From: Candidatus Poribacteria bacterium
GTDB lineage: Bacteria > Poribacteria > WGA-4E > PCPOR2b
Assembly: GCA_965116925.1 (NCBI GenBank)
Contig: OZ220744.1
Location: forward strand, 5,824,001-5,888,000
Direction: 5' to 3'
DNA length: 64,000 bases
This document shows, piece by piece, positions 51,739-61,295 of this stretch. The notes under the pieces were generated by a model. The model saw only the letters and a list, made by a program, of their open reading frames with translations, ran no database searches and was not told the DNA's origin. The translations under genes and the position numbers were made by a program. The number at the start of each line of letters is the position of its first letter. The first letter of the stretch is position 1.

Positions 51739-53604
51739 ATGGAAAGGAAACTTTTCGCTTTTTCGTGTATTGCGCTTCTGATTTCAATGGACGTATCTGT
51801 GCACGCAAGAGAATTGGAAGACAGAATCGTTTTCGTTTCCGAACGCCGGGGCACTCCCGAAGTCTTCCTAGTTGAAGGCTTAGATGGACGCCCCGTTCAA
51901 CTCACCCGGAATCTGTTTGCCCGTTCGCCCTCAATTTCACCAGATGGTACTGAAGTTGTATTTGTTTCTTACCCTCCGGCACAGGCAGCAAATATTCTCA
52001 AACTGAACATTGCGAAACGCCGAATTGAGCAGTTGACCCACAATGCCAAAAAGGATATCCGATACAGAAGCCCAGACTGGTCTCCTGATGGACGGGAAAT
52101 CCTGTTTATCATGGTTACAGGTCCACTAGAAGATTCAAGAACAGATCTTTGTGTGATGGATATTAAACAACGCCATATTCGACATATCCTTCAACCAAAT
52201 CCGCCAACAAGGATTTTTCATCCCAGTTGGGCTCCCGATAGTAACCGTATCCTATATTATCAGGATACCGGAGATAGTTCAGGGATATTTATCATTGACG
52301 ATAATGGGAATAACGTTGTGAATGTCCCGCAGGACCAACGCAAACCAGCATTCCTCCCCGCTTGGTCGCCGAAACGCAACCAAATCGGATACATCGATGT
52401 CGTAGGAAGCAGACATGTGCCGCGAAATCCACTGCAAATTTACAAGATGGATCTGACCAAAGAGAGTGTAACCGCTTTGACATTTGGAGATAATGAGGAA
52501 AACATTCCGTTAGCTTGGCACCCCGATGGACAGAAAATCCTATTTGTCAGGCTATACCTCTTCGATCAAGAAATTCTAGGGAGTGACATCTTCGTCATGG
52601 ATAACAATGGTGAAAATATAATAAATTTGACACAAACGCCAGAGATGGAAATGTCTGCCAGTTGGTCGCCTGACGGAGGACAAATTGTGTTTGACCGAGA
52701 GGTAGGGGAAGAGGAAATTGCAATTTTTATAATGGAGGCGGACGGTCAAAACCCGCAGCGACTCACGTTTCAACCCGGTCGAAACTTCGTACCCTCTTGG
52801 TCTCCAGACGGAAACACAATTGCCTTCCTCTCAGATCGAAATCGCGCACCCAGAATCTACACGATGGACACAGATGGGCAAGATGTCCAACAAATCGCGC
52901 ATCATCAGCGCCTATTTGATGGACCGCCAGCTTGGTCCCCAGATGGCAAATGGCTTGCGTTTATGTCTGGAGATACTCAGGGGTCGGGACTTTATGTCAC
53001 GGATCCACAAGGTCACAACGAAAATCTGATTGTCCGCTTGCCCCACTCGCTCCTATCTGCGCTAAATTGGGATCGTCCGACTTGGCACCCCGATGGTCAA
53101 CATCTCATCTACGTCGTCGAAGAGCAAAATTCGGAGGGTTTAATGAAAATTCGGATTGATGGGGATATGTCAACCCGGTTAAAGACTGGCGAACTTGTAA
53201 ATTGGTTAAGTCCTGTATGGTCGCCGGGAGGAAACCACCTTCTGTTTAGTGCGAGAGAAGCAAGAGAACCAGCGATTATCGTAGAATATAGAATGTTAGT
53301 GATGAATCTTGATACTGAACAAAAACGTGCATTCGTATTACCGGGAGCATTTGAAAAGGATTGGAGTCTTTTTGGATTGGTTTGGGGACCTGATGGGTCG
53401 CAACTCATCTTATCAGTATCAGTAGGAGGGAAGGATCATCAGCATTTGCTCTATCTAATCGATACTGTTAACGAAACCGTAACGCTATGGATGGAAGAGG
53501 GATACGAAGCGGATTGGGTCAGGCCCGGTTTCGTGTATGCGGTGGAGGCTGTTGGGAAACGGATCACAACGTGGGGAGAATTGAAAAAATTAGAAGAACG
53601 CTGA
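51739..53604 (+). CDS. Secreted TolB/PD40-repeat double beta-propeller
   Basis: Signal peptide; more than 10 WSPDG-type repeats; tail AVEAVGKRITTWGELK. Confidence 0.85.
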   Translation: MERKLFAFSCIALLISMDVSVHARELEDRIVFVSERRGTPEVFLVEGLDGRPVQLTRNLFARSPSISPDGTEVVFVSYPPAQAANILKLNIAKRRIEQLTHNAKKDIRYRSPDWSPDGREILFIMVTGPLEDSRTDLCVMDIKQRHIRHILQPNPPTRIFHPSWAPDSNRILYYQDTGDSSGIFIIDDNGNNVVNVPQDQRKPAFLPAWSPKRNQIGYIDVVGSRHVPRNPLQIYKMDLTKESVTALTFGDNEENIPLAWHPDGQKILFVRLYLFDQEILGSDIFVMDNNGENIINLTQTPEMEMSASWSPDGGQIVFDREVGEEEIAIFIMEADGQNPQRLTFQPGRNFVPSWSPDGNTIAFLSDRNRAPRIYTMDTDGQDVQQIAHHQRLFDGPPAWSPDGKWLAFMSGDTQGSGLYVTDPQGHNENLIVRLPHSLLSALNWDRPTWHPDGQHLIYVVEEQNSEGLMKIRIDGDMSTRLKTGELVNWLSPVWSPGGNHLLFSAREAREPAIIVEYRMLVMNLDTEQKRAFVLPGAFEKDWSLFGLVWGPDGSQLILSVSVGGKDHQHLLYLIDTVNETVTLWMEEGYEADWVRPGFVYAVEAVGKRITTWGELKKLEER

Positions 53605-53658
53605 GGCACAGTCAATTTGCTTAGGTCACAGAAATCGACATGAAATTTTGTGAAGTAT

Positions 53659-54624
53659 TTATTTCTCCTCTCCTTCCAGAACTTTTATCTCGCCCCATGG
53701 CGTCAGTAACCTTGTCTTTGGAGACACTGCCAATTCACCTAGAACCCACGAACCGCCTATATCACTTGCTGGGTTTTGCGTGAGATTGGTTGGATTGTCG
53801 CCGTCAGCGTCCATAACATAAATCTCATAATTTCCATTGCGGTTTGAATCAAAACCAATTTTTCGACTATTCGGAGACCAGAAGGGATTTCTATTGTAAA
53901 CGGGGAAATCGTTAGGGAGGGTATCAGTATTGGTGAGTTGGACCTGCTCCGTACCGTCAGCATTCATGACATAAATATCCCAGTTCCCATCACGGTTTGA
54001 TCGAAAGGCAATTTTCCGTCCATTGGGAGACCAAGCGGGCTCCCTGTTAAAACCGATGACGAAAGTCAATCTGATAGGGCGTTTGCCGTTAGCATTCATG
54101 ACATAAATATCCCAGTCTCTCTCAAAGGCGATTTTTCGACCATCAGGAGACCAAGCAGGATCTTTATCGTCTGTGGGCCCTTCGGTAAGATTGACCGGGT
54201 TTTCACCGTTGGCATTCATGATATAAATGTCCCTGTCCTTTGCAAAGGCAATTTTCCGACCATCGGGAAACCAAGCAGGTGCATGGCTCCCAGGGTTCAA
54301 CGGTTGATTCGGGGTTAGATTGATGAGATGTTCGCCGTCAGCGTTATTCATAACATAAATTTTCCCGAATCTCTCAAAGGCGATTTTCCGTCCATCGGGG
54401 GACCAAGCGGGGTCAATATGGACTGATGCAGGATTTTTCGTGAGATTGCGCTGCCGAGAGCCATCAGACTTCATTACAAAAATGTCAAGTCTACCCTCAC
54501 GGTCTGAAGAAAAAGCGATCATTGAATCAAGCGATTGTGCTGGACTTGCTGACATTAGAACAAGACCTAGTATCACAATCAAGCGGAGTGGGTAGGCGAC
54601 TCGGTTCAACAGTAGAAATTTCAT
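53659..54624 (-). CDS. Secreted TolB/PD40-repeat protein (A1)
   Basis: Start MKFLLL shared with A2; PAWSPDGRKIAF repeats; tail LAVSPKTRLLTPWGEIK. Confidence 0.85.
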   Translation of the reverse strand: MKFLLLNRVAYPLRLIVILGLVLMSASPAQSLDSMIAFSSDREGRLDIFVMKSDGSRQRNLTKNPASVHIDPAWSPDGRKIAFERFGKIYVMNNADGEHLINLTPNQPLNPGSHAPAWFPDGRKIAFAKDRDIYIMNANGENPVNLTEGPTDDKDPAWSPDGRKIAFERDWDIYVMNANGKRPIRLTFVIGFNREPAWSPNGRKIAFRSNRDGNWDIYVMNADGTEQVQLTNTDTLPNDFPVYNRNPFWSPNSRKIGFDSNRNGNYEIYVMDADGDNPTNLTQNPASDIGGSWVLGELAVSPKTRLLTPWGEIKVLEGEEK

Positions 54625-54831
54625 TTTGGGTTGTCTCCTTTCTATAGGGATAAACGATCGTTTGTGCCCACAATTGAGATTATGACAGTCAAGGAATGGT
54701 AGAATTTTTTCACAGAGCACTTGCATTGAGGTTTTGGCTCCCTGCTTCAATTTCAGTCGATATTTTTGTCATTTCTGGCAAATTTCCGAAACACCGTGAT
54801 TTTATACTACTCCGTCAGCAGCGATTGCCTT

Positions 54832-55803
54832 TCACTGCTTTTCTGATTTCAACCGCCCCCAAAATGTAACACGCTTGCCTCGTGTATCAACAGGAAGCGA
54901 CCGGTCGGAAATCACCCAAGTCGGACGTGTATCAGCGTCTGGATGTGTCGTAACCCGTATCTTATCCCCTCCATTAGTATTTACGATGTAAATGTCCCAC
55001 CCTGTTTTATTTACAAATGACATGAAGGCAACCCACTGTCCATCGGGGGACCACGCAGGAAGACGGTCTGGGGCGGGGTCATCAGTCAGTCTGACGATGT
55101 TAGTACCGTCGGCGTTCATCACGTAGATGTCCTGTTGGGCAATATTGTGTAGATTGGAATAGAAAGCAATCTTTGTCCCATCGGGTGACCAGTCGGGGTA
55201 TCGCCCCTTTGGACTCAGTTGTATTTGATTTCTCCCATTTCGGTCCATCACAAAGATTCCGCCCCCATGAAATGCGATTTTTTCGCCATCGGGAGACCAT
55301 GAGGTGCCGCCATACTCGTGTTTATCGTCCGCGTTTGTTAGCTGTTTCAATCCAGCTCCGCCTGCCTCTATAATACAAATATTCGCACGAATTTCGTCGC
55401 GTTGCCGACATACCAATGCCAACCATTCGCCAATCCCAGACCAAGTAGGGGTATAAAAATTCATCCCCCACGCCGCACGCCGCCACTTGGTAATATTCTT
55501 CTGTTTCCCAGTGCGAAGTTCAATCACAACGAGATGGCTTTCTCCCTTGTCAGCAAACTGACTCAAAGCAACAAATTTTCCATCAGGGGACCACGCCACC
55601 CCTCCAAATCCATTAGGATTTTCAAGCCATTTGCGCTCGTTGGTGCCATCGGCGTTAATCAGATAAACCGACGTTGAAATGCCTTCATGGGGTGGTTTAC
55701 TATCTCGATCGGAGAGGAACGCAATCGTGCCTGTTGGTTCGGCAGTCACTGACTGAAAGCCAAATGCTCCCCATACAAAGAGGATTAGCCATTTGAGTTT
55801 CAT
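54832..55803 (-). CDS. Secreted TolB/PD40-repeat protein (B1)
   Basis: Signal peptide, WSPDG repeats, tail LPVDTRGKRVTFWGRLK. Confidence 0.85.
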   Translation of the reverse strand: MKLKWLILFVWGAFGFQSVTAEPTGTIAFLSDRDSKPPHEGISTSVYLINADGTNERKWLENPNGFGGVAWSPDGKFVALSQFADKGESHLVVIELRTGKQKNITKWRRAAWGMNFYTPTWSGIGEWLALVCRQRDEIRANICIIEAGGAGLKQLTNADDKHEYGGTSWSPDGEKIAFHGGGIFVMDRNGRNQIQLSPKGRYPDWSPDGTKIAFYSNLHNIAQQDIYVMNADGTNIVRLTDDPAPDRLPAWSPDGQWVAFMSFVNKTGWDIYIVNTNGGDKIRVTTHPDADTRPTWVISDRSLPVDTRGKRVTFWGRLKSEKQ

Positions 55804-55849
55804 CTTTTCACCCTACCTTTCCATTTCCCTCCATGTCATTCGCTTGGAA

Positions 55850-56761
55850 TCATAACCCTAATTTGACCTGCACCCAAGCGACAGGCAATTTCCGCATAGG
55901 ACTTATCGCTGCTGGACCATCAGGCCGCCAAGATGGCTGCCCGCCACGAAGCAGAATGCGCCGATCCTGCCCATTGGCTTTCATCACACCGATTTTACTC
56001 TCGCCAACCAACAACCAAAAGGCAATATGTGTTCCTGTTGGCGACCATGATGGATAATGTTCGCCACGAAAGCTGATCCGTTTGAAATTTGCCCCATCTG
56101 CTGCATCCATGAGGCAGATGCCCGGTTTAAGATTTCGATCTGAGTAGAAGGCAATTTGACGTCCATCAGGAGACCAAGCGGGCGCGGCATCATTGGATGC
56201 ATTATCGGTCAACCGACGTAATTTGTCTCCATTGACCTCGATGACGTAGATGTCGTGTTGCCGGTCATGCTGGATTATGAATGCAATCTGTTTTCCATCC
56301 GGCGACCAAACGGCGTCCCGGAAACCGTTATCCCACCCGTTGAAGAACACTTGGGTTTCTATCTCCGTTTCAAGATTAAAAACTATCAGTTCCTCAAATC
56401 TTGTAAAGAGAATTTTCGTGCCATCAGGGTGCCAGGCAGGACGCGCCCTTAACGGCATATTCCATCTTAAACGTTCCAGATTACGACCATCTGCATCTAC
56501 CACGAAAAGTTGACCCAAATCAGCAATAAATGCAATTTTTTTCCCGTCGGGTGACCAAGCTGGCCAATTTGGAATGGGCTTACTTTTTAAGGGTTGGGGA
56601 GCGGTTCCATCCGAATTGATGATAACAATTCTCCTTTCAGGGTTAAATGCCTTTGATACAAAGGCAATTTGGGAACCCCAAACAAGATTCGCTTTAGAAC
56701 CGAATCCCCCGATGCACCCAACCCCTACCGCAATGAATGTAACAAACAGGACTTTTTTCAT
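55850..56761 (-). CDS. Secreted TolB/PD40-repeat protein (C1)
   Basis: WSPDG repeats, tail AISPMRKLPVAWVQVK. Confidence 0.85.
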   Translation of the reverse strand: MKKVLFVTFIAVGVGCIGGFGSKANLVWGSQIAFVSKAFNPERRIVIINSDGTAPQPLKSKPIPNWPAWSPDGKKIAFIADLGQLFVVDADGRNLERLRWNMPLRARPAWHPDGTKILFTRFEELIVFNLETEIETQVFFNGWDNGFRDAVWSPDGKQIAFIIQHDRQHDIYVIEVNGDKLRRLTDNASNDAAPAWSPDGRQIAFYSDRNLKPGICLMDAADGANFKRISFRGEHYPSWSPTGTHIAFWLLVGESKIGVMKANGQDRRILLRGGQPSWRPDGPAAISPMRKLPVAWVQVKLGL

Positions 56762-56952
56762 TCTGATTTCTCCCCCTTCGTAGTACAGTCGTATAACTCT
56801 TGTGGAATCGGGACTGATGAAATATTTTTCATCGAATCGGTGGAGATGAAAGACTCAGAGAACCGTTGCAAGAATCACGCCTAACAAGAGGATTCCGCTA
56901 TACGTTATGGAAAGACTTTTCATAGGAATCTACATGAGATTTTGTGGAGTAT

Positions 56953-57939
56953 TTATCTCCCATCTCCTTGGATGGTTTTTATCTTCCCCCATAGCATTAG
57001 TAATTTCATTTTGGAAGAAACTGCCAATTTCCCCGGTGACCACGAAGCCACTTCATCTTCTGCCGGGTGTTGGGTGAGATTGGTCAGATTTTCGCCGTTA
57101 GCGTCCATGACATAAATCTCAGGGTTTCCATCGCGGTTTGACCTAAAGATAATCTTCATTCCCTCTGGAGACCAGCTGGGTGCCCCGTCCTTTGCGGGGT
57201 TCCTGGTCAACCTGACGGGATTTTCGCCGTTAGCGTCCATGACATAAATCTCAGGGTTTCCATCACGAGTTGACTGAAAGACAATTTTTGTCCCATCTGG
57301 AGACCAGCTGGGTGCCCCATCCCATGCAGGGTTTCTGGTCAATCTGATGGTATTCTCACCATCAGCGTTCATAACATAAATCTCAAGATCCTCAAGGTTT
57401 CCATCGCGGTTTGACGCAAAAACAATTTTTGTCCCATCTGGAGACCAGCAAGGAACAACGTCCCTTGCTGGGTTTCTGGTCAATCTGACGGGATTTTCGC
57501 CATCGGCATCCATGACATAAACCTCGAAGTTTCCATCGCGATTTGACTCAAAAGCAATGTTTCTCCCATCTGGAGACCAGCGAGGCGCGGCATCAATTTC
57601 GGGGGTTCTGGTAAGCCTGACGAGGTTTTCACCGTTAGGGTTCATGACATAAATTTCATAGTTTCCATCACGTGTTGAGGTAAAAGCAATCTTTGTCCCA
57701 TCTGGAGACCAAGCAGGCAGGTAATCCCATGATGTGGGGTGTTTCGTGAGATTGCGCGACTGAGACCCATCAGCCATCATTATAAAAACGTCATGATTCC
57801 CCTCATGACTATCACGGTCTGAAGAAAAAGCGATCATTGAATCAAGCGATTGTGCTGGACTTGCTGACATTAGAACAAGACCTAGTATCACAATCAAGCA
57901 GAGTGGGTAGGCGACTCGGTTCAACAGTAGAAATTTCAT
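56953..57939 (-). CDS. Secreted TolB/PD40-repeat protein (A2) with homogenised 44-aa repeats
   Basis: WSPDGTKI.F.S.RDGN.EIYVM repeats, tail LAVSSKMKLLMLWGKIK. Confidence 0.85.
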   Translation of the reverse strand: MKFLLLNRVAYPLCLIVILGLVLMSASPAQSLDSMIAFSSDRDSHEGNHDVFIMMADGSQSRNLTKHPTSWDYLPAWSPDGTKIAFTSTRDGNYEIYVMNPNGENLVRLTRTPEIDAAPRWSPDGRNIAFESNRDGNFEVYVMDADGENPVRLTRNPARDVVPCWSPDGTKIVFASNRDGNLEDLEIYVMNADGENTIRLTRNPAWDGAPSWSPDGTKIVFQSTRDGNPEIYVMDANGENPVRLTRNPAKDGAPSWSPEGMKIIFRSNRDGNPEIYVMDANGENLTNLTQHPAEDEVASWSPGKLAVSSKMKLLMLWGKIKTIQGDGR

Positions 57940-58145
57940 TTTGGGTTATCTTCTTTCTATAGGGATAAACAATCGTTTGCACCCACAATTGAGATTATGA
58001 CAGTCAAGGAATGGTAGATTTTTTTACAGAGTACCTGCATTGAGGTTTTGGCTCCCTGCTTCAATTTCAGCCGATATTTTTGTCATTTCTGGCGAATTTC
58101 CGAAACTGCGTGATTTTATACTACTCCGCCAGCAGTGATTGCCTT

Positions 58146-59141
58146 TCACTGCTTTTCTGATTTCAACCTCCCCCAAAATGTAACACGCTTGCCTCGTGTA
58201 TCAACAGGAAGCGACCGGTCGGGAATCACCCAGGTCGGGCGTGTATCAGTGTCCGGATGTATTGTAACCCGTATCTTATCCCCTCCATTAGCGTTTACGA
58301 TGTAAATATCCCACTCTGTTTTATTTACAAATGACATGAAGGCAACCCACTGTCCATCGGGGGACCACGCAGGAAGACGGTCTGGGGCTGGGTCATCAGT
58401 CAGTCTGACGATGTTAGCACCGTCGGCGTTCATCACGTAGATGTCCTGTTGGGCAATATTGTGTAGATTGGAATAGAAAGCAATCTTTGTCCCATCGGGT
58501 GACCAGATGGGTCTGCTCCCCTTTCGACTCAGTAGGACTCGATTTTTCCCATTTCGGTCCATCACGAAAATTCCCCGCTTCTCTTTATCCGCGTCTCCCA
58601 CCCTAAATGCAATCTTTTCTTGATTGGGAGACCAAGAGGGACTGCTGTGTTCGTGGTTGTTTTCATGGAACGCGTTTGTTATTTGTTTTAACCCATCTCC
58701 ATCCATTCTTATAGTACAAATACTTGGAGGGAGCTCGCCGCGTGGACTACAAACCAATGCCAACCGCCTACCATCCCCAGACCAGGTAGGGGAGAAAAAA
58801 TCCATCTCCAGTTTGTGCCACTGTCTGGTAATATTCTCCTGTTTTCCGGTGCGAAATTCTAACACAAAAAGATTACTTTCTAGTCTGTCGTTGTACTGAC
58901 TCAAGGCAACAAATTTTCCGTCATATGACCATGCCACCTTTCCAAGTCCGTTAGGATTTTCAAGCCATTTGCGCTCGTTGGTGCCATCGGCGTTAATCAG
59001 ATAAACCGACGTTAAACGGCCTCTGTGAGGGGGTTTACTATCTCGATCGGAGAGGAACGCAATCGTGCCTGTTGGTTCAGCAGTCACTGACTGAAAGCCA
59101 AATGCTCCCCATACAAAGAGGATTAGCCATTTGAGTTTCAT
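58146..59141 (-). CDS. Secreted TolB/PD40-repeat protein (B2)
   Basis: Ends nearly identical to B1, divergent middle. Confidence 0.85.
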   Translation of the reverse strand: MKLKWLILFVWGAFGFQSVTAEPTGTIAFLSDRDSKPPHRGRLTSVYLINADGTNERKWLENPNGLGKVAWSYDGKFVALSQYNDRLESNLFVLEFRTGKQENITRQWHKLEMDFFSPTWSGDGRRLALVCSPRGELPPSICTIRMDGDGLKQITNAFHENNHEHSSPSWSPNQEKIAFRVGDADKEKRGIFVMDRNGKNRVLLSRKGSRPIWSPDGTKIAFYSNLHNIAQQDIYVMNADGANIVRLTDDPAPDRLPAWSPDGQWVAFMSFVNKTEWDIYIVNANGGDKIRVTIHPDTDTRPTWVIPDRSLPVDTRGKRVTFWGRLKSEKQ

Positions 59142-59187
59142 CTTTTCACCCTACCTTTCCATTTCCCTCCATGTCATTCGCTTGGAA

Positions 59188-60099
59188 TCATAAACCTAAT
59201 TTGATCTGTCCCCAAGCTATATGCAATTTCCGCATAGGACTTACCGCCGCTGGACCATCAGGCCGCCAAGATGGCTGCCCGCCACGAAGCAGAATGCGCC
59301 GATCCTGCCCATTGGCTTTCATCACACCGATTTTACTCTCGCCAACCAACAACCAAAAGGCAATATGTGTTCCTGTTGGCGACCATGATGGATAATGTTC
59401 GCCACGAAAGCTGATCCGTTTGAAATTTGCCCCATCTGCTGCCTCCATGAGGCAGATGCCCGGTTTAAGATTTCGATCTGAGTAGAAGGCAATTTGACGT
59501 CCATCAGGAGACCAAGCGGGCGCGGCATCATTGGACGCATTATCGGTCAACCGACGTAATTTGCCTCCATTGACCTCGATGACGTAGATGTCGTGTTGCC
59601 GGTCATGCTGGATTATGAATGCAATCTGTTTTCCATCCGGCGACCAAACGGCGTCCCGGAAACCGTTATCCCACCCGTTGAAGAACACTTGGGTTTCTAT
59701 CTCCGTTTCAAGATTAAAAACTATCAGTTCCTCAAATCTTGTAAAGAGAATTTTCGTGCCATCAGGGTGCCAGGCAGGACGCGCCCTTAACGGCATATTC
59801 CATCTTAAACGTTCCAGATTACGGCCATCTGCATCTATCACGAAAAGTTGACCCAAATCAGCAATAAATGCAATTTTTTTCCCGTCGGGTGACCAAGCTG
59901 GCCAATTTGGAATGGGCTTACTTTTTAAGGGTTGGGGAGCGGTTCCATCCGAATTGATGATAACAATTCTCCTTTCAGGGTTAAATGCCTTTGATACAAA
60001 GGCAATTTGGGAACCCCAAACAAGATTCGCCTTAGAACCGAATCCTCCAATACCCCCAAATCCCACTGCAATGAATGTAACAAACAGAAATTTTTTCAT
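59188..60099 (-). CDS. Secreted TolB/PD40-repeat protein (C2)
   Basis: Near-identical to C1; tail AVSPMRKLHIAWGQIK. Confidence 0.85.
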   Translation of the reverse strand: MKKFLFVTFIAVGFGGIGGFGSKANLVWGSQIAFVSKAFNPERRIVIINSDGTAPQPLKSKPIPNWPAWSPDGKKIAFIADLGQLFVIDADGRNLERLRWNMPLRARPAWHPDGTKILFTRFEELIVFNLETEIETQVFFNGWDNGFRDAVWSPDGKQIAFIIQHDRQHDIYVIEVNGGKLRRLTDNASNDAAPAWSPDGRQIAFYSDRNLKPGICLMEAADGANFKRISFRGEHYPSWSPTGTHIAFWLLVGESKIGVMKANGQDRRILLRGGQPSWRPDGPAAVSPMRKLHIAWGQIKLGL

Positions 60100-60607
60100 T
60101 CTGATTTCTCCTTCCCTCGTAGTAAAGCGGCATTTTTAATAGGTCAGAACTTTCGGCAGCTATGCTTCGATATTCCCCAACAACTTCATTAAGTTTTTGA
60201 AGGACATCAGCAGCTATCTGCTCAAGTTCTTCCGGCGTTTGTCCAAATTCATCGGTCTGCTCTATGTCATCAAACACAACGTCTTCAAACTCGGATAATG
60301 GGTTGCTGTTTAGCGACTCAAATTGTGGAAGGACTTCATTAATTTGCGTCGTATCTTCCTGTGTTGTCGTATCCTGATATATGGCTACTTCCCACTCAGA
60401 TGATGGATCATTTTGAAGATATTGGGCTTTATATCCAATAGATGAGACTGGCGGCACATCTAAATTAACCTTAACGGCGTTTGTTGACAACGATTCACGA
60501 AAAATGATCCACAAAAAAATGGAAAACAGGCAAAGTCCAATCCCAGTAACAAACATCGCGGTCGTCGCCAACTGAAGCCAGTCAAATCCCTTTTGCTGTT
60601 TCATCAT
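60032..60607 (-). CDS. Membrane-anchored acidic hypothetical protein, possibly truncated at the duplication junction
   Basis: GGAGG RBS, N-terminal TM helix; 3' end runs 68 bp into C2 out of frame. Confidence 0.55.
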   Translation of the reverse strand: MMKQQKGFDWLQLATTAMFVTGIGLCLFSIFLWIIFRESLSTNAVKVNLDVPPVSSIGYKAQYLQNDPSSEWEVAIYQDTTTQEDTTQINEVLPQFESLNSNPLSEFEDVVFDDIEQTDEFGQTPEELEQIAADVLQKLNEVVGEYRSIAAESSDLLKMPLYYEGRRNQNEKISVCYIHCSGIWGYWRIRF

Positions 60608-60676
60608 TTCCTCCTGTACTGCTCCAACGCTAAACTTTCCGCACAGATACCCCCTTCTGAGCAATGTAATACGGTT

Positions 60677-60935
60677 GGCTCATATCAAAAGAAAGTGCAA
60701 AATGCAAAAACGTGATGCGTGAAACCGTGAAGACTTTGTTCATGGGTTCATTAGTACATTATAGTGGATCTTAGAATTAATGAGACACCCAAAATCGGCG
60801 CAGTTGAAAACAGCGCCTACCAAACATGGGGAGCGAAAGTGTTCATTTATTTTTTGACTTCACTATAGTTCATTAATGAACGGGTAAACTAATGTACTCA
60901 ATCGGTTTCTGTTGCACGATTTCTTAACATGAGCC
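60677..60935. mobile_element. GGCTCAT-family MITE containing a nested IS630-type MITE
   Basis: ggctcatatcaaaagaaagtgcaaa ... ttgcacgatttcttaacatgagcc. Confidence 0.75.
60762..60865 (-). mobile_element. 104-bp IS630-derived MITE
   Basis: TA|TAGTGG..TTCACTA|TA; reverse-complement homologue of 63329-63432. Confidence 0.8.
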
Positions 60936-61295
60936 AAGATATTTAGCAGCCCAAGAAGGAGGGGCATTGCGCTTGAAATGTGCTTGGGATTCATTGGAGG
61001 TTCCTCGCTGAATTTGTAGATTGGATTGATAAAGCGCAACTTTTGTACCAAACACATGCAAATTTCAAGGAGAAAGGCTGTCGGAGGGAATTGTTATGGA
61101 TTGACACGCTATCCGGCTCATCTTTCGCTTAAGCATGGGTCAGAAATTGCCCGACATCGTGCAAACCGGAGGTCAGTTTAGCTCCAAAGGTGCGAAGTGC
61201 CCAACACCGTATTGGTCCTTGGGTAACAAATCTGCAAAATCTATAAATCCGTGCTAATCCGTGATTCAGATGATTTTCCAATCATCTCTAAGCAT

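Larger units (their letters stand above)
53639..60111. repeat. Tandem duplication of a three-gene unit (~3.3 kb period)
   Basis: 53639-56773 vs 56932-60111; near-identical intergenic DNA and C genes. Confidence 0.9.

Noticed and set aside
54832..59141. Diversity-generating retroelement behind B1/B2 variation
   Set aside because: No reverse transcriptase in the window; the differences inspected are not adenine-restricted and include indels.
51739..60099. Tol-Pal operon
   Set aside because: No tolQ, tolR, tolA or pal, and no TolB N-terminal domain; only PD40-type propellers.
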